A stretch of 32,000 nucleotides of DNA. Origin: a metagenome. The position numbers and the translations under genes are program-made. Positions 1-7,520 of this stretch are shown one piece after another. Below the pieces are notes generated by a model that was not told where the DNA came from, ran no database searches, and was given only the letters and a program-made list of their open reading frames with translations. Every line of letters begins with the position of its first letter. Positions within the stretch are counted from its first letter, which is position 1. The stretch is taken from the sequence record ENA-UERK01000351-UERK01000351.1-human-gut-metagenome-genome-assembly--contig:-NODE-351-length-41642-cov-6.689089; one strand, 5' to 3'.

Positions 1-2
1 TG

Positions 3-362
3 GATACTTTTGTCAACAGGATTTACCTCTATGACGACAAAATGACTGTCCTGTATAGCACACAGGACAGCCATTCTGATGTGACCATCGACGATTTGAG
101 TTCGTCTAGGGTCGCTTTGGTGGAGGCGAGGAGAGTTGAACTCCTGTCCGAAAACGCTTCAAAGGGAACTTCTCCGGGCGCAGACGCTTGTTTTGGGATT
201 CCGCATCCCTGTTTCCCTCGTTACCGGCCAAACGTCAAGACGGCAAGTCGGGTAGCTTCATTATGCATGGCGCGCTCAAAGCTTTGCGCGCTCACGTCCG
301 CCTCTCATCGACGCCCCGCTTCCGGGCCGAGGCACTCCCGGAGGGGACGGGTCACGGCTTAA
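3..362 (+). CDS. 3' end of a recombinase-like mobile-element ORF entering from the left edge; the frame stays open antisense through ssrA, so the true end is uncertain
   Basis: Frame 3 is open from the window edge: DTFVNRIYLYDDKMTVLYSTQDSHSDVTIDDL. I associate this type of C-terminus with large serine recombinases of Clostridia MGEs (recollection, not a search). From about nt 111 the frame is antisense to tmRNA (VEARRVELLSEN...). Confidence 0.3.
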   Translation, partial: DTFVNRIYLYDDKMTVLYSTQDSHSDVTIDDLSSSRVALVEARRVELLSENASKGTSPGADACFGIPHPCFPRYRPNVKTASRVASLCMARSKLCALTSASHRRPASGPRHSRRGRVTA

Positions 363-481
363 GCCGCGGCCAGAGCAACGTTATCGTTGTTCTTTAATTT
401 ATAATTGCCCATTTTAAGGATGGTAGGCGCATCCGCCCGCTATTCCAATCTCCGCATCCCCGTCGAAACCGGTACGCCCCC
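118..481 (-). ncRNA. ssrA: tmRNA (transfer-messenger RNA, SsrA), 364 nt
   Basis: Minus strand starts GGGGGCGTACCGGTTTCGACGGGGATGCGGAG and ends GGACAGGAGTTCAACTCTCCTCGCCTCCACCA. The acceptor stem GGGGGCG/CGCCTCC has a G3:U70 pair and is followed by ACCA. An internal tag frame at 359-409 (GGC AAT TAT ... GCC GCG GCT TAA) gives (A)GNYKLKNNDNVALAAA. smpB lies 0.7 kb away. Confidence 0.92.
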
Positions 482-666
482 GAATCGCCATCATTTCTGC
501 GGAAATGATGGAACCGCCGCTTTGCGGCGAGGCGATTTCCAAGGGGAACCATGTTCCCCCTGGAGGACCCCTTCTTTATGGAATAAGGAAAAAGCTTGAA
601 TAAAAACTTCCTTAGACTAAAAGAATGCCTGTTGGGGATAAGCTGGGGAATAAGGATAAATACCTT

Positions 667-1182
667 TTATCTTTTCTTCGGCTCGGGATATTCCTCGCCG
701 AAGGTCTCCACGGTGACCTTTTTCATGACCTGCGGCTCCATGGGACGGTCGTTGCGGTCGGTGCGCGTGCCGGCGATCCGGTCAACGACCTCGATGCCCT
801 CGGTGACGGCGCCGAACGCGGCGTACTGTCCGTCGAGATGCGGGGCGTCCTCATGCATGATGAAAAACTGGCTGCCGGCGCTGTTGGGGTACATGGAACG
901 GGCCATGCTCAAAACGCCGCGCTTGTGCTTGAGATCGTTCTGGAAGCCGTTGCCGCGGAACTCGCCGTAAATGTGGTAGCCGGGGCCGCCCATGCCGGTG
1001 CCCTCCGGGTCGCCGCCCTGGATCATAAATCCGGGGATGACGCGGTGGAAGATCAGGCCGTCGTAAAAGCCCTTGTTGATGAGGGAGATGAAGTTGCGAA
1101 CGCTCTCCGGCGCGATCTCGGGGTAAAGCTCGGCTTTGATAACACCGCCGTTTTCCATTTCGATGGTCACAACAGGATTCAT
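667..1182 (-). CDS. ppiB: cyclophilin-type peptidyl-prolyl cis-trans isomerase
   Basis: 171 aa. Carries [15 protein letters not shown] and FFI motifs typical of cyclophilins. Its ATG overlaps the smpB stop (ATGA). Confidence 0.9.
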   Translation of the reverse strand: MNPVVTIEMENGGVIKAELYPEIAPESVRNFISLINKGFYDGLIFHRVIPGFMIQGGDPEGTGMGGPGYHIYGEFRGNGFQNDLKHKRGVLSMARSMYPNSAGSQFFIMHEDAPHLDGQYAAFGAVTEGIEVVDRIAGTRTDRNDRPMEPQVMKKVTVETFGEEYPEPKKR

Positions 1183-1652
1183 TCTTTGAAATTCCTTTCT
1201 TTCATGGCGCGGTCCATGTCCCGCTTCGCGTTGCGCTCGGCGTCCGAATCACGCTTGTCGTACAGCTTTTTGCCCTTGCAGAGACCGAGCTCCACCTTGA
1301 CGCGGCTGTCCTTGAAGTACAGCGAGAGCGGCACGAGCGCCACGCCGTCCTGCGCCACGCGCTCGCCGAGCTTGCGGATCTCCCGCTTGTGCATCAGCAG
1401 CCGCCGGATGCGCACCGGGTCGCGGTTGAAGATGTTGCCCTTTTCGTAAGGGCTCACATGCATCCCGCGCACGAAAAGCTCGCCTTCCCGGATCGTGCAG
1501 TAGCTGTCCTTCAGATTCACCTGCCCGGCACGGATGGATTTTACCTCCGTTCCGAACAGCTCGATGCCTGCTTCAAAGCGCTCCAGCACAAAGTAGTCGT
1601 GGAACGCCTTGCGGTTGGAAGCGATCTCCTTGATCCCTTCTTTTTTCGGCAT
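1179..1652 (-). CDS. smpB: SsrA-binding protein SmpB
   Basis: 157 aa. N-terminus [29 protein letters not shown] is canonical SmpB. RBS GGAGGAGGTGG lies upstream and the gene is adjacent to tmRNA. Confidence 0.93.
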   Translation of the reverse strand: MPKKEGIKEIASNRKAFHDYFVLERFEAGIELFGTEVKSIRAGQVNLKDSYCTIREGELFVRGMHVSPYEKGNIFNRDPVRIRRLLMHKREIRKLGERVAQDGVALVPLSLYFKDSRVKVELGLCKGKKLYDKRDSDAERNAKRDMDRAMKERNFKE

Positions 1653-1724
1653 GGCCTTCCACCTCCTCCGCCTTGGCAGTAAAAGTATTATATCATACCT
1701 GTCAAGAGCGAAAAAGAGAGAATT

Positions 1725-1955
1725 TCAGCGCCCGCGCGCAGCGAGCCGGGAGAGCACCTCGCGCGACAGGTAAACGCCGCTCGCCGGGCGTGCGAGCAGC
1801 AGGCTCTCCTCCCGCCCGGCGATGATCTCGATCTCCAGCACGCCCCAGTTTCTTCCGCCGAGCGCGGCGAAAACGAGCTTTTTGGCGTCCGAAAGGCCCG
1901 GGTGCCCCGGCACGCGCAGCGCGAGCGCCCGTTCATTTTCTGCTTTGTTCTGCAT
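1725..1955 (-). CDS. hypothetical small protein (76 aa)
   Basis: The internal ATG at 1955 is preceded by GGGGAGG plus a 5-nt spacer (MQNKAENERALALRVPGHPGL...). I recognise no family. The longer 1725..2084 version lacks an RBS. Confidence 0.4.
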   Translation of the reverse strand: MQNKAENERALALRVPGHPGLSDAKKLVFAALGGRNWGVLEIEIIAGREESLLLARPASGVYLSREVLSRLAARGR

Positions 1956-2086
1956 AACAGCCTCCCCAGATCGCGGTTTTTCCCCATTATACGCCCCTCC
2001 GCCGCCGATAAACAGTGAAAAAAGCTGGAAAAGCCGGGAGAGGCGTGGTAGAATACCTTGATACGAAAGAAAAAAGGAGATCATCC

Positions 2087-2464
2087 ATGGACTATACGGA
2101 GAAAAAGCTGCGCCGTCTCAATACCTATGAGGGGATCATCATCAACGTCGGTCTCGACCGCGTGAGCCTGCCGGACGGTTCGGAGGCGTTCCGCGAGATC
2201 GTGGAGCATCCGGGCGGGGCGTGCATTCTCCCGGTGGACGGCGAGGGCAATGCCTACTGCGTGCGTCAGTACCGCTATCCCATCGGCGAGCACCTGCTCG
2301 AAGCGCCCGCCGGCAAGCTCGAGCGCGGGGAAGACCCGCTCGTGTGCGCGGTGCGCGAGCTTGGCGAGGAGACCGGCTTCACTGCCGGACGCATCGTGCC
2401 GCTCGGCGCATATCATTCGTCCCCCGGCTTTTCGAGCGAGCGGCTGTATCTCTATCTTGCATCA
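2087..2464 (+). pseudogene. nudF: NUDIX hydrolase (ADP-ribose pyrophosphatase type), 3'-truncated after about 126 aa and fused in frame to island sequence
   Basis: RBS AAAGGAG plus 7 nt plus ATG 2087. Nudix box GKLERGEDPLVCAVRELGEETG is present. Homologs continue for about 55 aa beyond ...ERLYLYLA(S/R)GL, but here the frame switches to unrelated low-GC sequence at about 2465. Confidence 0.8.
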
Positions 2465-2788
2465 AACGCTGACAACTATTTGCTGGCGCTTTCTCCGCTG
2501 GCCTTAGAACGGGACGTGGGAATGCCACGTTCCACGTTCTACGACCAATTCCGCAAGCTGGTGAATTGCGGGTATCTTGTTCAGACCGGCGGCAATCAAT
2601 ATGATTTCTATGAAGTCCCACAATCCGACACGCAAACAAAAACGGCTGACGGACAGGATAGTCCAACAGACAAACCAAAAAATCCGGCGGATGATATAGA
2701 AATAAATAATATAAATAATAAAAATAGTATTATAAATACTGTGCAGGGACAACAAGTTGTCCCCGCATCAAAAGATTTTGTTTTTTAA
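2465..2788 (+). CDS. island-derived winged-HTH (phage/plasmid replication- or regulator-like) C-terminal fragment, read in frame with nudF
   Basis: NADNYLLALSPLALERDVGMPRSTFYDQFRKLVNCGYLVQTGGNQYDFYEVP resembles HTH proteins of Firmicutes phages/ICEs, followed by an AT-rich N/K/I tail. It has no start codon of its own and is part of ORF 2015..2788. Confidence 0.5.
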   Translation, partial: NADNYLLALSPLALERDVGMPRSTFYDQFRKLVNCGYLVQTGGNQYDFYEVPQSDTQTKTADGQDSPTDKPKNPADDIEINNINNKNSIINTVQGQQVVPASKDFVF

Positions 2789-2799
2789 GGAGAATGAAC

Positions 2800-3009
2800 A
2801 TGAAAAAGTTAACCCCTGAAGAAATGACAAGGTGTATAAACGAAATAATGGATTAGGCTTGGATATACAGAGAGGCGCAAAGCTATGGAGAACTGATGGT
2901 AGCGGCATATAACCTCTACGGACTGCTGTATTATGATTTCGGGGTAGAACATCCAACCTATGACTATCCGTGTAAAGCAGATAAGGCAGATGAACCCTTT
3001 GTCTTTTGA
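2800..3009 (+). CDS. small island ORF (69 codons) with one in-frame TAG at 2854-2856
   Basis: AAGGAG (2787-2792) plus 7 nt plus ATG 2800. Reads MKKLTPEEMTRCINEIMD-TAG-AWIYREAQSYGELMVAAYNLYGLLYYDFGVEHPTYDYPCKADKADEPFVF-TGA. It is either a nonsense pseudogene or a recoded gene. Confidence 0.4.
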
Positions 3010-3070
3010 GCAGCGCATATACCAATCCTTGAAGCGAAAGGGATTGTCCCCGTAGTTTGAACGCGCTGGT

Positions 3071-3421
3071 GTGTATTCTATCCTGTTGGATGATAAAGTC
3101 GTGTATATCGGCAAAAGCCACAATATCCTTTACCGCATGGCGCAGCACTACGCAGGGATGCAGCTATTAGCCAACCACAAATACCGTGTGCTGTCCGAGG
3201 CGCGGCGATACGGCCACCGCATACGCTTTTTTGTTCTTTATACGGCAGCCGCCGGAAATCCAAAAGCAATCACAGAGGAAATCGGGCAGAAGGAGGGTGA
3301 ATACATCCGCCGGTATCTGCCGCCATTGAATTACCAAATCCCCAAAGAAGAAAACTGGCACGAGTTCAATACAAATCCCCGTGCTATGACAATTACATTA
3401 GATGACCTACTGGATAACTGA
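3071..3421 (+). CDS. GIY-YIG domain nuclease; the frame continues upstream to ATG 2990 or 2960 across an in-frame TAG at 3053-3055
   Basis: GVYSILLDDKVVYIGKSHNILYRMAQHY is a GIY-YIG motif, and EGEYIRRYLPPLN follows. GTG 3071 has no SD. The upstream same-frame sequence MNPLSFEQRIYQSLKRKGLSP-TAG-FERAGVY looks like a genuine N-terminus. Confidence 0.65.
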   Translation: MYSILLDDKVVYIGKSHNILYRMAQHYAGMQLLANHKYRVLSEARRYGHRIRFFVLYTAAAGNPKAITEEIGQKEGEYIRRYLPPLNYQIPKEENWHEFNTNPRAMTITLDDLLDN

Positions 3422-3422
3422 C

Positions 3423-3458
3423 AGAGGCAACAGCAATCGCGCTGTTGCCTCTTTTTTT
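3423..3458 (+). terminator. intrinsic terminator after the GIY-YIG gene
   Basis: AGAGGCAACAGC-aatcgc-GCTGTTGCCTCT followed by a T7 run. Confidence 0.8.
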
Positions 3459-3530
3459 GCGTTTTATGGAAAAGCACACAGCCGCCGGACAAACGCCGTG
3501 TGTGGCCGTTTATGACCGTCTGGCGGGCTT

Positions 3531-4424
3531 TTATATACTCATGAGGACGCTGCGCTGTTTTGTGTTGTTGATAATGTCCTCGTCCCGCAGGCTGTTCAAA
3601 TAGGTCTGCGTGATTTGGATGTTCTCATGTCCCAGCAATCGAGAGATGGTATAGAGGTCTGTTCCCATTTTCACCTGCTGTTGGGCGTAGAAATGGCGGC
3701 AGGTGTGCGGCGACACGCGGACACCCTCTATTCCCTGTCCATACCGCTTGATGATGTTCTCGACCGCTGAATTTGTGAGCTGCCGCCCGTGATTTGACAG
3801 AAAATAGAAATCATCCGTCCCCCGCAGCGTAAAATAGTCCGCCGCGCAAGCATTGCATTTTATCAACGCCTTTTGTAAGACCGGCGTGATAGGCACGACA
3901 CGCTGTTTGTGGTTCTTACCTTTGATGATGATATAATCGTCGTGTATGTCCTGCTTTTGGATGCAACACAGCTCCCAGCAGCGAATGCCCGTTTCAAACA
4001 GTGCGGTCAAGATGGCCGTGTCGCGCACATGGATATAATCTGTTCCTTTGCTCTCCTGCAAGAGTTGCTTTACATCACACGGCTTGAATGCCACAATGAC
4101 CGCCTTATCCTGCTTGCACCACTTGAAATTCTTTTTGGTATTGAAGCCGCCGTATCCCTCATCATAGCAATACTGGATAAACGACTTCGATACTTTCAAG
4201 AGGCCGTTGATGTAGCTGCCTTTTCTTCCCTTCTGGCTCATAAACGCGCTGAATTGCCGCACCGCAGCCAAATTGATTTCCTCTACCTCTTGGATGTGCG
4301 CCTCCTGCTCACAAAAACGCAAAAAGAGATTGAGGCTATTCCGATACCCGCGAATGGTCTTCGGGGTATACTTCCTAACCTCAATCTCAATCAAATATTC
4401 TCTGATAGCGGCGCTGATTTTCAT
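3531..4424 (-). CDS. tyrosine-type site-specific integrase/recombinase
   Basis: C-terminal catalytic region SPHTCRHFYAQQQVKMGTDLYTISRLLGHENIQITQTYL contains the R..H..R/H..Y signature. Start chosen at ATG 4424 (AAGGAGGA plus 6 nt). The ORF track extends to 4451. Confidence 0.88.
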   Translation of the reverse strand: MKISAAIREYLIEIEVRKYTPKTIRGYRNSLNLFLRFCEQEAHIQEVEEINLAAVRQFSAFMSQKGRKGSYINGLLKVSKSFIQYCYDEGYGGFNTKKNFKWCKQDKAVIVAFKPCDVKQLLQESKGTDYIHVRDTAILTALFETGIRCWELCCIQKQDIHDDYIIIKGKNHKQRVVPITPVLQKALIKCNACAADYFTLRGTDDFYFLSNHGRQLTNSAVENIIKRYGQGIEGVRVSPHTCRHFYAQQQVKMGTDLYTISRLLGHENIQITQTYLNSLRDEDIINNTKQRSVLMSI

Positions 4425-4567
4425 GTCATTTCCTCCTTTGGTATGTCGCAATCAAAGGGGAATGTATATCACAGCGCAATCGATGTATTTCGCAGCCGAG
4501 AAAAAATCAGTTCCGAAAACGCGCCGTTTCACTGAAAATCAGCTTCTTTTCCGTAGGAAAAGTTCCA

Positions 4568-5302
4568 TCAGTCCTGCTGCCAGTTATGCCAGACGTTCTG
4601 CACGTCCTCATTGTCATCCAGCATATCCAGAAGCTTCGTCATGCTGCGGACATCGTCCTCACTGGTCATGACAATGTAGTTCTGGGGGACCATCTCGATC
4701 TCCGCGCTCTCGAAGGAATAGCCCTTCTCCTCCAGCGCCTTGACCACGTCGTTGAAGCTGTCCGGATCGGTGGTGATCTCAAACACGGGGCCGTCGGCCT
4801 GCATATCCTCGGCGCCGGCATCCAGTGCATCCATCATCACGGTATCCTCGTCCAGCTCGCCCTCTTCGTTGTCGATGACGATCACGCCCTTGCGGTCAAA
4901 GGACCAGCTGACGCAGCCCTGTGCGCCCATGCCCTTGCCGAATTTGTCAAAATAATGGCGGATCTCGGGTGCAGTGCGCTGACGGTTGTCGGTCAGCGCC
5001 TCCACGATGACAGCAACGCCGCAGGGGCCGTAGCCCTCGTAGGTGACAGATTCATAGTTATCGGTATTGCCGGAACCCAGTGCCTTGTCGATGGTGCGCT
5101 TGATGTTGTCATTGGGCATATTGGCTGCCTTGGCCTTGGCGATAACAGTGGCCAGGCGGGAGTTGTTGTTGGGGTCGCCGCTGCCGCCCTGCTTGACGGC
5201 CACGATGATCTCCTTGGCGATCTTGGTGAATGCGGCGCTGCGCTTGGCGTCGGCCGCCCCCTTGGTCTTCTGAATATTGTGCCACTTGGAATGTCCTGAC
5301 AT
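4568..5302 (-). CDS. yebC: YebC/PmpR family DNA-binding transcriptional regulator
   Basis: MSGHSKWHNIQKTKGAADAKRS... is the canonical YebC N-terminus. 244 aa. Confidence 0.92.
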   Translation of the reverse strand: MSGHSKWHNIQKTKGAADAKRSAAFTKIAKEIIVAVKQGGSGDPNNNSRLATVIAKAKAANMPNDNIKRTIDKALGSGNTDNYESVTYEGYGPCGVAVIVEALTDNRQRTAPEIRHYFDKFGKGMGAQGCVSWSFDRKGVIVIDNEEGELDEDTVMMDALDAGAEDMQADGPVFEITTDPDSFNDVVKALEEKGYSFESAEIEMVPQNYIVMTSEDDVRSMTKLLDMLDDNEDVQNVWHNWQQD

Positions 5303-5305
5303 GGT

Positions 5306-6091
5306 TTACTTCTCCTTTATGCAGTATTGGATGATCTCGCGGCTGTGCGAGGTCGAACATAAGACGTCGACTGCGGGGAATGCCTCTGCCAACCGGTCTC
5401 GCAGTGCGGGACATACCACGTTCTCCGTGGGAAAATGACCCGCATCGATCAAATTTAGCCTCTCCGTGTCCAAAAAGTCGTTATATTTCAGGTCGGAGGT
5501 CACAAAGGTGTCGCAGCCTGCGGCGATAGCCTGCGGAATATAGCAGCCGCAGGCGCCGCCGCCCACCGCCACCCGGTGTACCGGCCGCCCCGCGTCCACA
5601 TAGCGCAAACCATTGCATTTTAATAATTCTATCACAGAATGGGTGAACTCCACAAGGGGTATTTCACATTTTAACGTGCCGATCCGCCCTATTTTTTCCT
5701 CCGTCAGCATTTTCAGGTCGGAAAGGCCCAGCTTCTGCGCCAAAACCTCATTGACGCCACCGGCCGCCGCGTCCAGATTGGTGTGCATACAGATGGCGGC
5801 GATGCCGTGGCGTATCAGCTCTGTCAATACCCTTCCCTGCCGGTCGTCGGTGCGGACTGTCTGCACCTGGTGCCACGCACAGTTCATCACCGGATGGTGT
5901 GCCGCGATCAGCTGGCAGTCTTTTTCAATGGCCTCGTCCACCACCTGCGGCGTTACATCCAGCGCGACCAGAACGCGGCGCACCTCCGCTTCCGGGTCAC
6001 CCACCAGCAGACCCACATTGTCCCAGCTCTCCGCCAATTCCCGCGGTGCCCAGGCGTACAGATACTGCTCGATATCCCGTACCGTTGTCAT
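5306..6091 (-). CDS. Nif3-like dinuclear metal centre protein (YqfO family)
   Basis: MTTVRDIEQYLYAWAPRELAESWDNVGLLVGD is a typical Nif3 start. ATG 6091 overlaps the trmK stop (ATGA). The 84-aa Arg-rich extension in the ORF track is rejected. trmK-nif3 synteny matches Bacillus yqfN-yqfO. Confidence 0.88.
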   Translation of the reverse strand: MTTVRDIEQYLYAWAPRELAESWDNVGLLVGDPEAEVRRVLVALDVTPQVVDEAIEKDCQLIAAHHPVMNCAWHQVQTVRTDDRQGRVLTELIRHGIAAICMHTNLDAAAGGVNEVLAQKLGLSDLKMLTEEKIGRIGTLKCEIPLVEFTHSVIELLKCNGLRYVDAGRPVHRVAVGGGACGCYIPQAIAAGCDTFVTSDLKYNDFLDTERLNLIDAGHFPTENVVCPALRDRLAEAFPAVDVLCSTSHSREIIQYCIKEK

Positions 6092-6780
6092 AGCGTTTTC
6101 CTCTTTTCTTCTATCTGCCGTACCAATGCTTCTGCGGCCTCCGCCCGACGCAGAGCGTCCTCTCTGCCGCTGCGGCGCAGACCTTCCGCGATATGAAGCA
6201 GCTTTTCGGCGTGCTGGGTGAGATAATCCGCATACAGCGGGTCGCCGTCCAGCAGAACACCGGTCAGCGTCTGTAATTCCGTCAGCGCCGGACAAATGCC
6301 GCCGTTCACGCGCAGCACCGGATACAGATAATTCTTGTCCCACACCAGTCGCTCATCTGTAAAGGTGTACCCATTTACAGATAGCCATCGGCGCAGCTCT
6401 GCGGCCTTTGTCATGGGTTGAAGCAGCAGCGTATGCGCGCCGTCCTTCGTCCATGGCGCACTTTCCAAGATGGCGATGATGGTCTCTCCGCCCATGCCGG
6501 CGATGATCACTGTATCCGTTTCCTCCGGAGAGATATTAGCCAGCCCGTCACACAGGCGGAAGCTGATACCCTCCACGCCATATTCCTCCGCAGTCCGCCG
6601 CGCGTGCGCCAGAGGCTCTGCGCCGATGTCCGCGGCAATAGCGCTTTGGATACGCTCCCTTTGCAGCAGCCACACCGGCAGATACCCGTGGTCCGTGCCG
6701 ATATCTGCCAGACGGCAGCCCGCCGGTGTCATATCCGCCAGCAGCTGGAGCCGCGGTTGTAATTGCAGTTGTCTCTCCAT
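6088..6780 (-). CDS. trmK: tRNA (adenine22-N1)-methyltransferase TrmK family
   Basis: LADIGTDHGYLPVWLL motif. 230 aa. Located upstream of nif3. Confidence 0.82.
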   Translation of the reverse strand: MERQLQLQPRLQLLADMTPAGCRLADIGTDHGYLPVWLLQRERIQSAIAADIGAEPLAHARRTAEEYGVEGISFRLCDGLANISPEETDTVIIAGMGGETIIAILESAPWTKDGAHTLLLQPMTKAAELRRWLSVNGYTFTDERLVWDKNYLYPVLRVNGGICPALTELQTLTGVLLDGDPLYADYLTQHAEKLLHIAEGLRRSGREDALRRAEAAEALVRQIEEKRKTL

Positions 6781-6797
6781 ATTTCCCTACACAAATG

Positions 6798-6837
6798 GCC
6801 ACGCATACGCTTGCGTATGCGTGGCTTTGTTTTTTTG
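6798..6837 (-). terminator. GC-rich hairpin between the DUF1858 gene and trmK (possibly bidirectional)
   Basis: GCCACGCATACGC-ttgc-GTATGCGTGGC. The T-run is stronger on the plus strand (TTTGTTTTTTT) and only TTT follows on the minus strand. Confidence 0.5.
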
Positions 6838-6838
6838 T

Positions 6839-7051
6839 TTACTCGGCGATGGGCTTGTTGGCTTCCTCGTTCACCAGCTCCAGCAGCTTATCCACATCGA
6901 TGCCGTGAACAGCGCAGGCCTCCTCCACCGTCTCGCCGCGGGAGGACGGGCAGCCCAGGCAGTGCATGCCAATGGACAGGAAGATGGGCGCGGTCTGGGG
7001 CGCAACGTCCAGAATATCACCGATAATGGTGTCTTTCGTGATCTCAATCAT
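6839..7051 (-). CDS. DUF1858 / hybrid-cluster-protein-associated redox disulfide domain protein (70 aa)
   Basis: MIEITKDTIIGDILDVAPQTAPIFLSIGMHCLGCPSSRGETVEEAC carries the CxxC motif. GGAGG RBS lies upstream of ATG 7051. Confidence 0.75.
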   Translation of the reverse strand: MIEITKDTIIGDILDVAPQTAPIFLSIGMHCLGCPSSRGETVEEACAVHGIDVDKLLELVNEEANKPIAE

Positions 7052-7137
7052 GTTGGAAAACCTCCAAATACAATATTGTGCTGATAGTATACCCCAAAAT
7101 GCCGGAACTTTCAACAGGATTTTTCTCATCCTGCGCT

Positions 7138-7170
7138 ATAAAAACCGCCCTCCGGCGTACCGGAGGGCGG
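7138..7170 (-). terminator. intrinsic terminator of the zinc-ribbon gene
   Basis: Minus strand: CCGCCCTCCGG-tacg-CCGGAGGGCGG followed by TTTTTAT. Confidence 0.85.
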
Positions 7171-7206
7171 TCTATTCTATCTACTTAACAGTGTGCAGTC
7201 AGCAAA

Positions 7207-7485
7207 TCAGCCGTTCTCACGCATCTTGGCGAAGCAGTCGCTGCAGTACACAGGACGATCGCTCTTGGGCTCGAAGGGCACCTTGGCCTCGCCGCCGCAG
7301 GCAGCGCAGACAGCGGTGAAATACTCGCGGGGACCACGGGCAGCGTTCTTGCGCGCGTCACGGCAGGCCTTGCAGCGCTGGGGCTCGTTCTGGAAGCCGC
7401 GCTCAGCGTAGAACTCCTGCTCACCGGCGGTGAACACAAACTCGTTGCCGCACTCTTTGCACACTAAAGTCTTGTCTTCGTACAT
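7207..7485 (-). CDS. double zinc-ribbon protein (N-terminal CxxC...CxxC plus C-terminal CxxC-x17-CxxC)
   Basis: 92 aa. CKECGNEFVFTAGEQEFYAERGFQNEPQRCKAC, then CAACGGEAKVPFEPKSDRPVYCSDC. Confidence 0.75.
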   Translation of the reverse strand: MYEDKTLVCKECGNEFVFTAGEQEFYAERGFQNEPQRCKACRDARKNAARGPREYFTAVCAACGGEAKVPFEPKSDRPVYCSDCFAKMRENG

Positions 7486-7520
7486 GATTTTACCCTCTCT
7501 TTGAGAAAAATATATTGCGC

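Larger units (their letters stand above)
2465..4470. mobile_element. degraded integrative island: wHTH fragment, small ORF, GIY-YIG nuclease, tyrosine integrase
   Basis: GC content drops visibly against the flanks (for example ataaataatataaataataaaaatag). A tyrosine integrase sits at the right end and the left end interrupts nudF. I saw no convincing direct repeats, so the borders are approximate (+/- 30 nt). Confidence 0.7.

Noticed and set aside
188-599. ORFs 188..397 and 405..599
   Set aside because: ORF 188..397 lies inside the tmRNA gene, and 405..599 overlaps its 5' end and the structured leader, on the opposite strand. The RNA gene assignment is much better supported.
2455-4480. att direct repeats flanking the integrase island (GCATCAAA at 2459 versus GCAATCAAA at about 4458)
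   Set aside because: The match is too short and imperfect to call by eye, so the island borders are given as approximate only.
5306-6343. Long N-terminal extensions in the ORF track (nif3 to 6343, tlyA to 21504, glnN from 28679, spoIIM to 12120, DUF1858 gene to 7129, integrase to 4451, ruvC to 10456, NifU-like to 26469, DUF4364 to 31520)
   Set aside because: The extensions are Arg/Gly/Ala-rich or overlap the upstream gene. Internal starts have proper SDs and reproduce canonical family N-termini, several with ATGA stop-start coupling.
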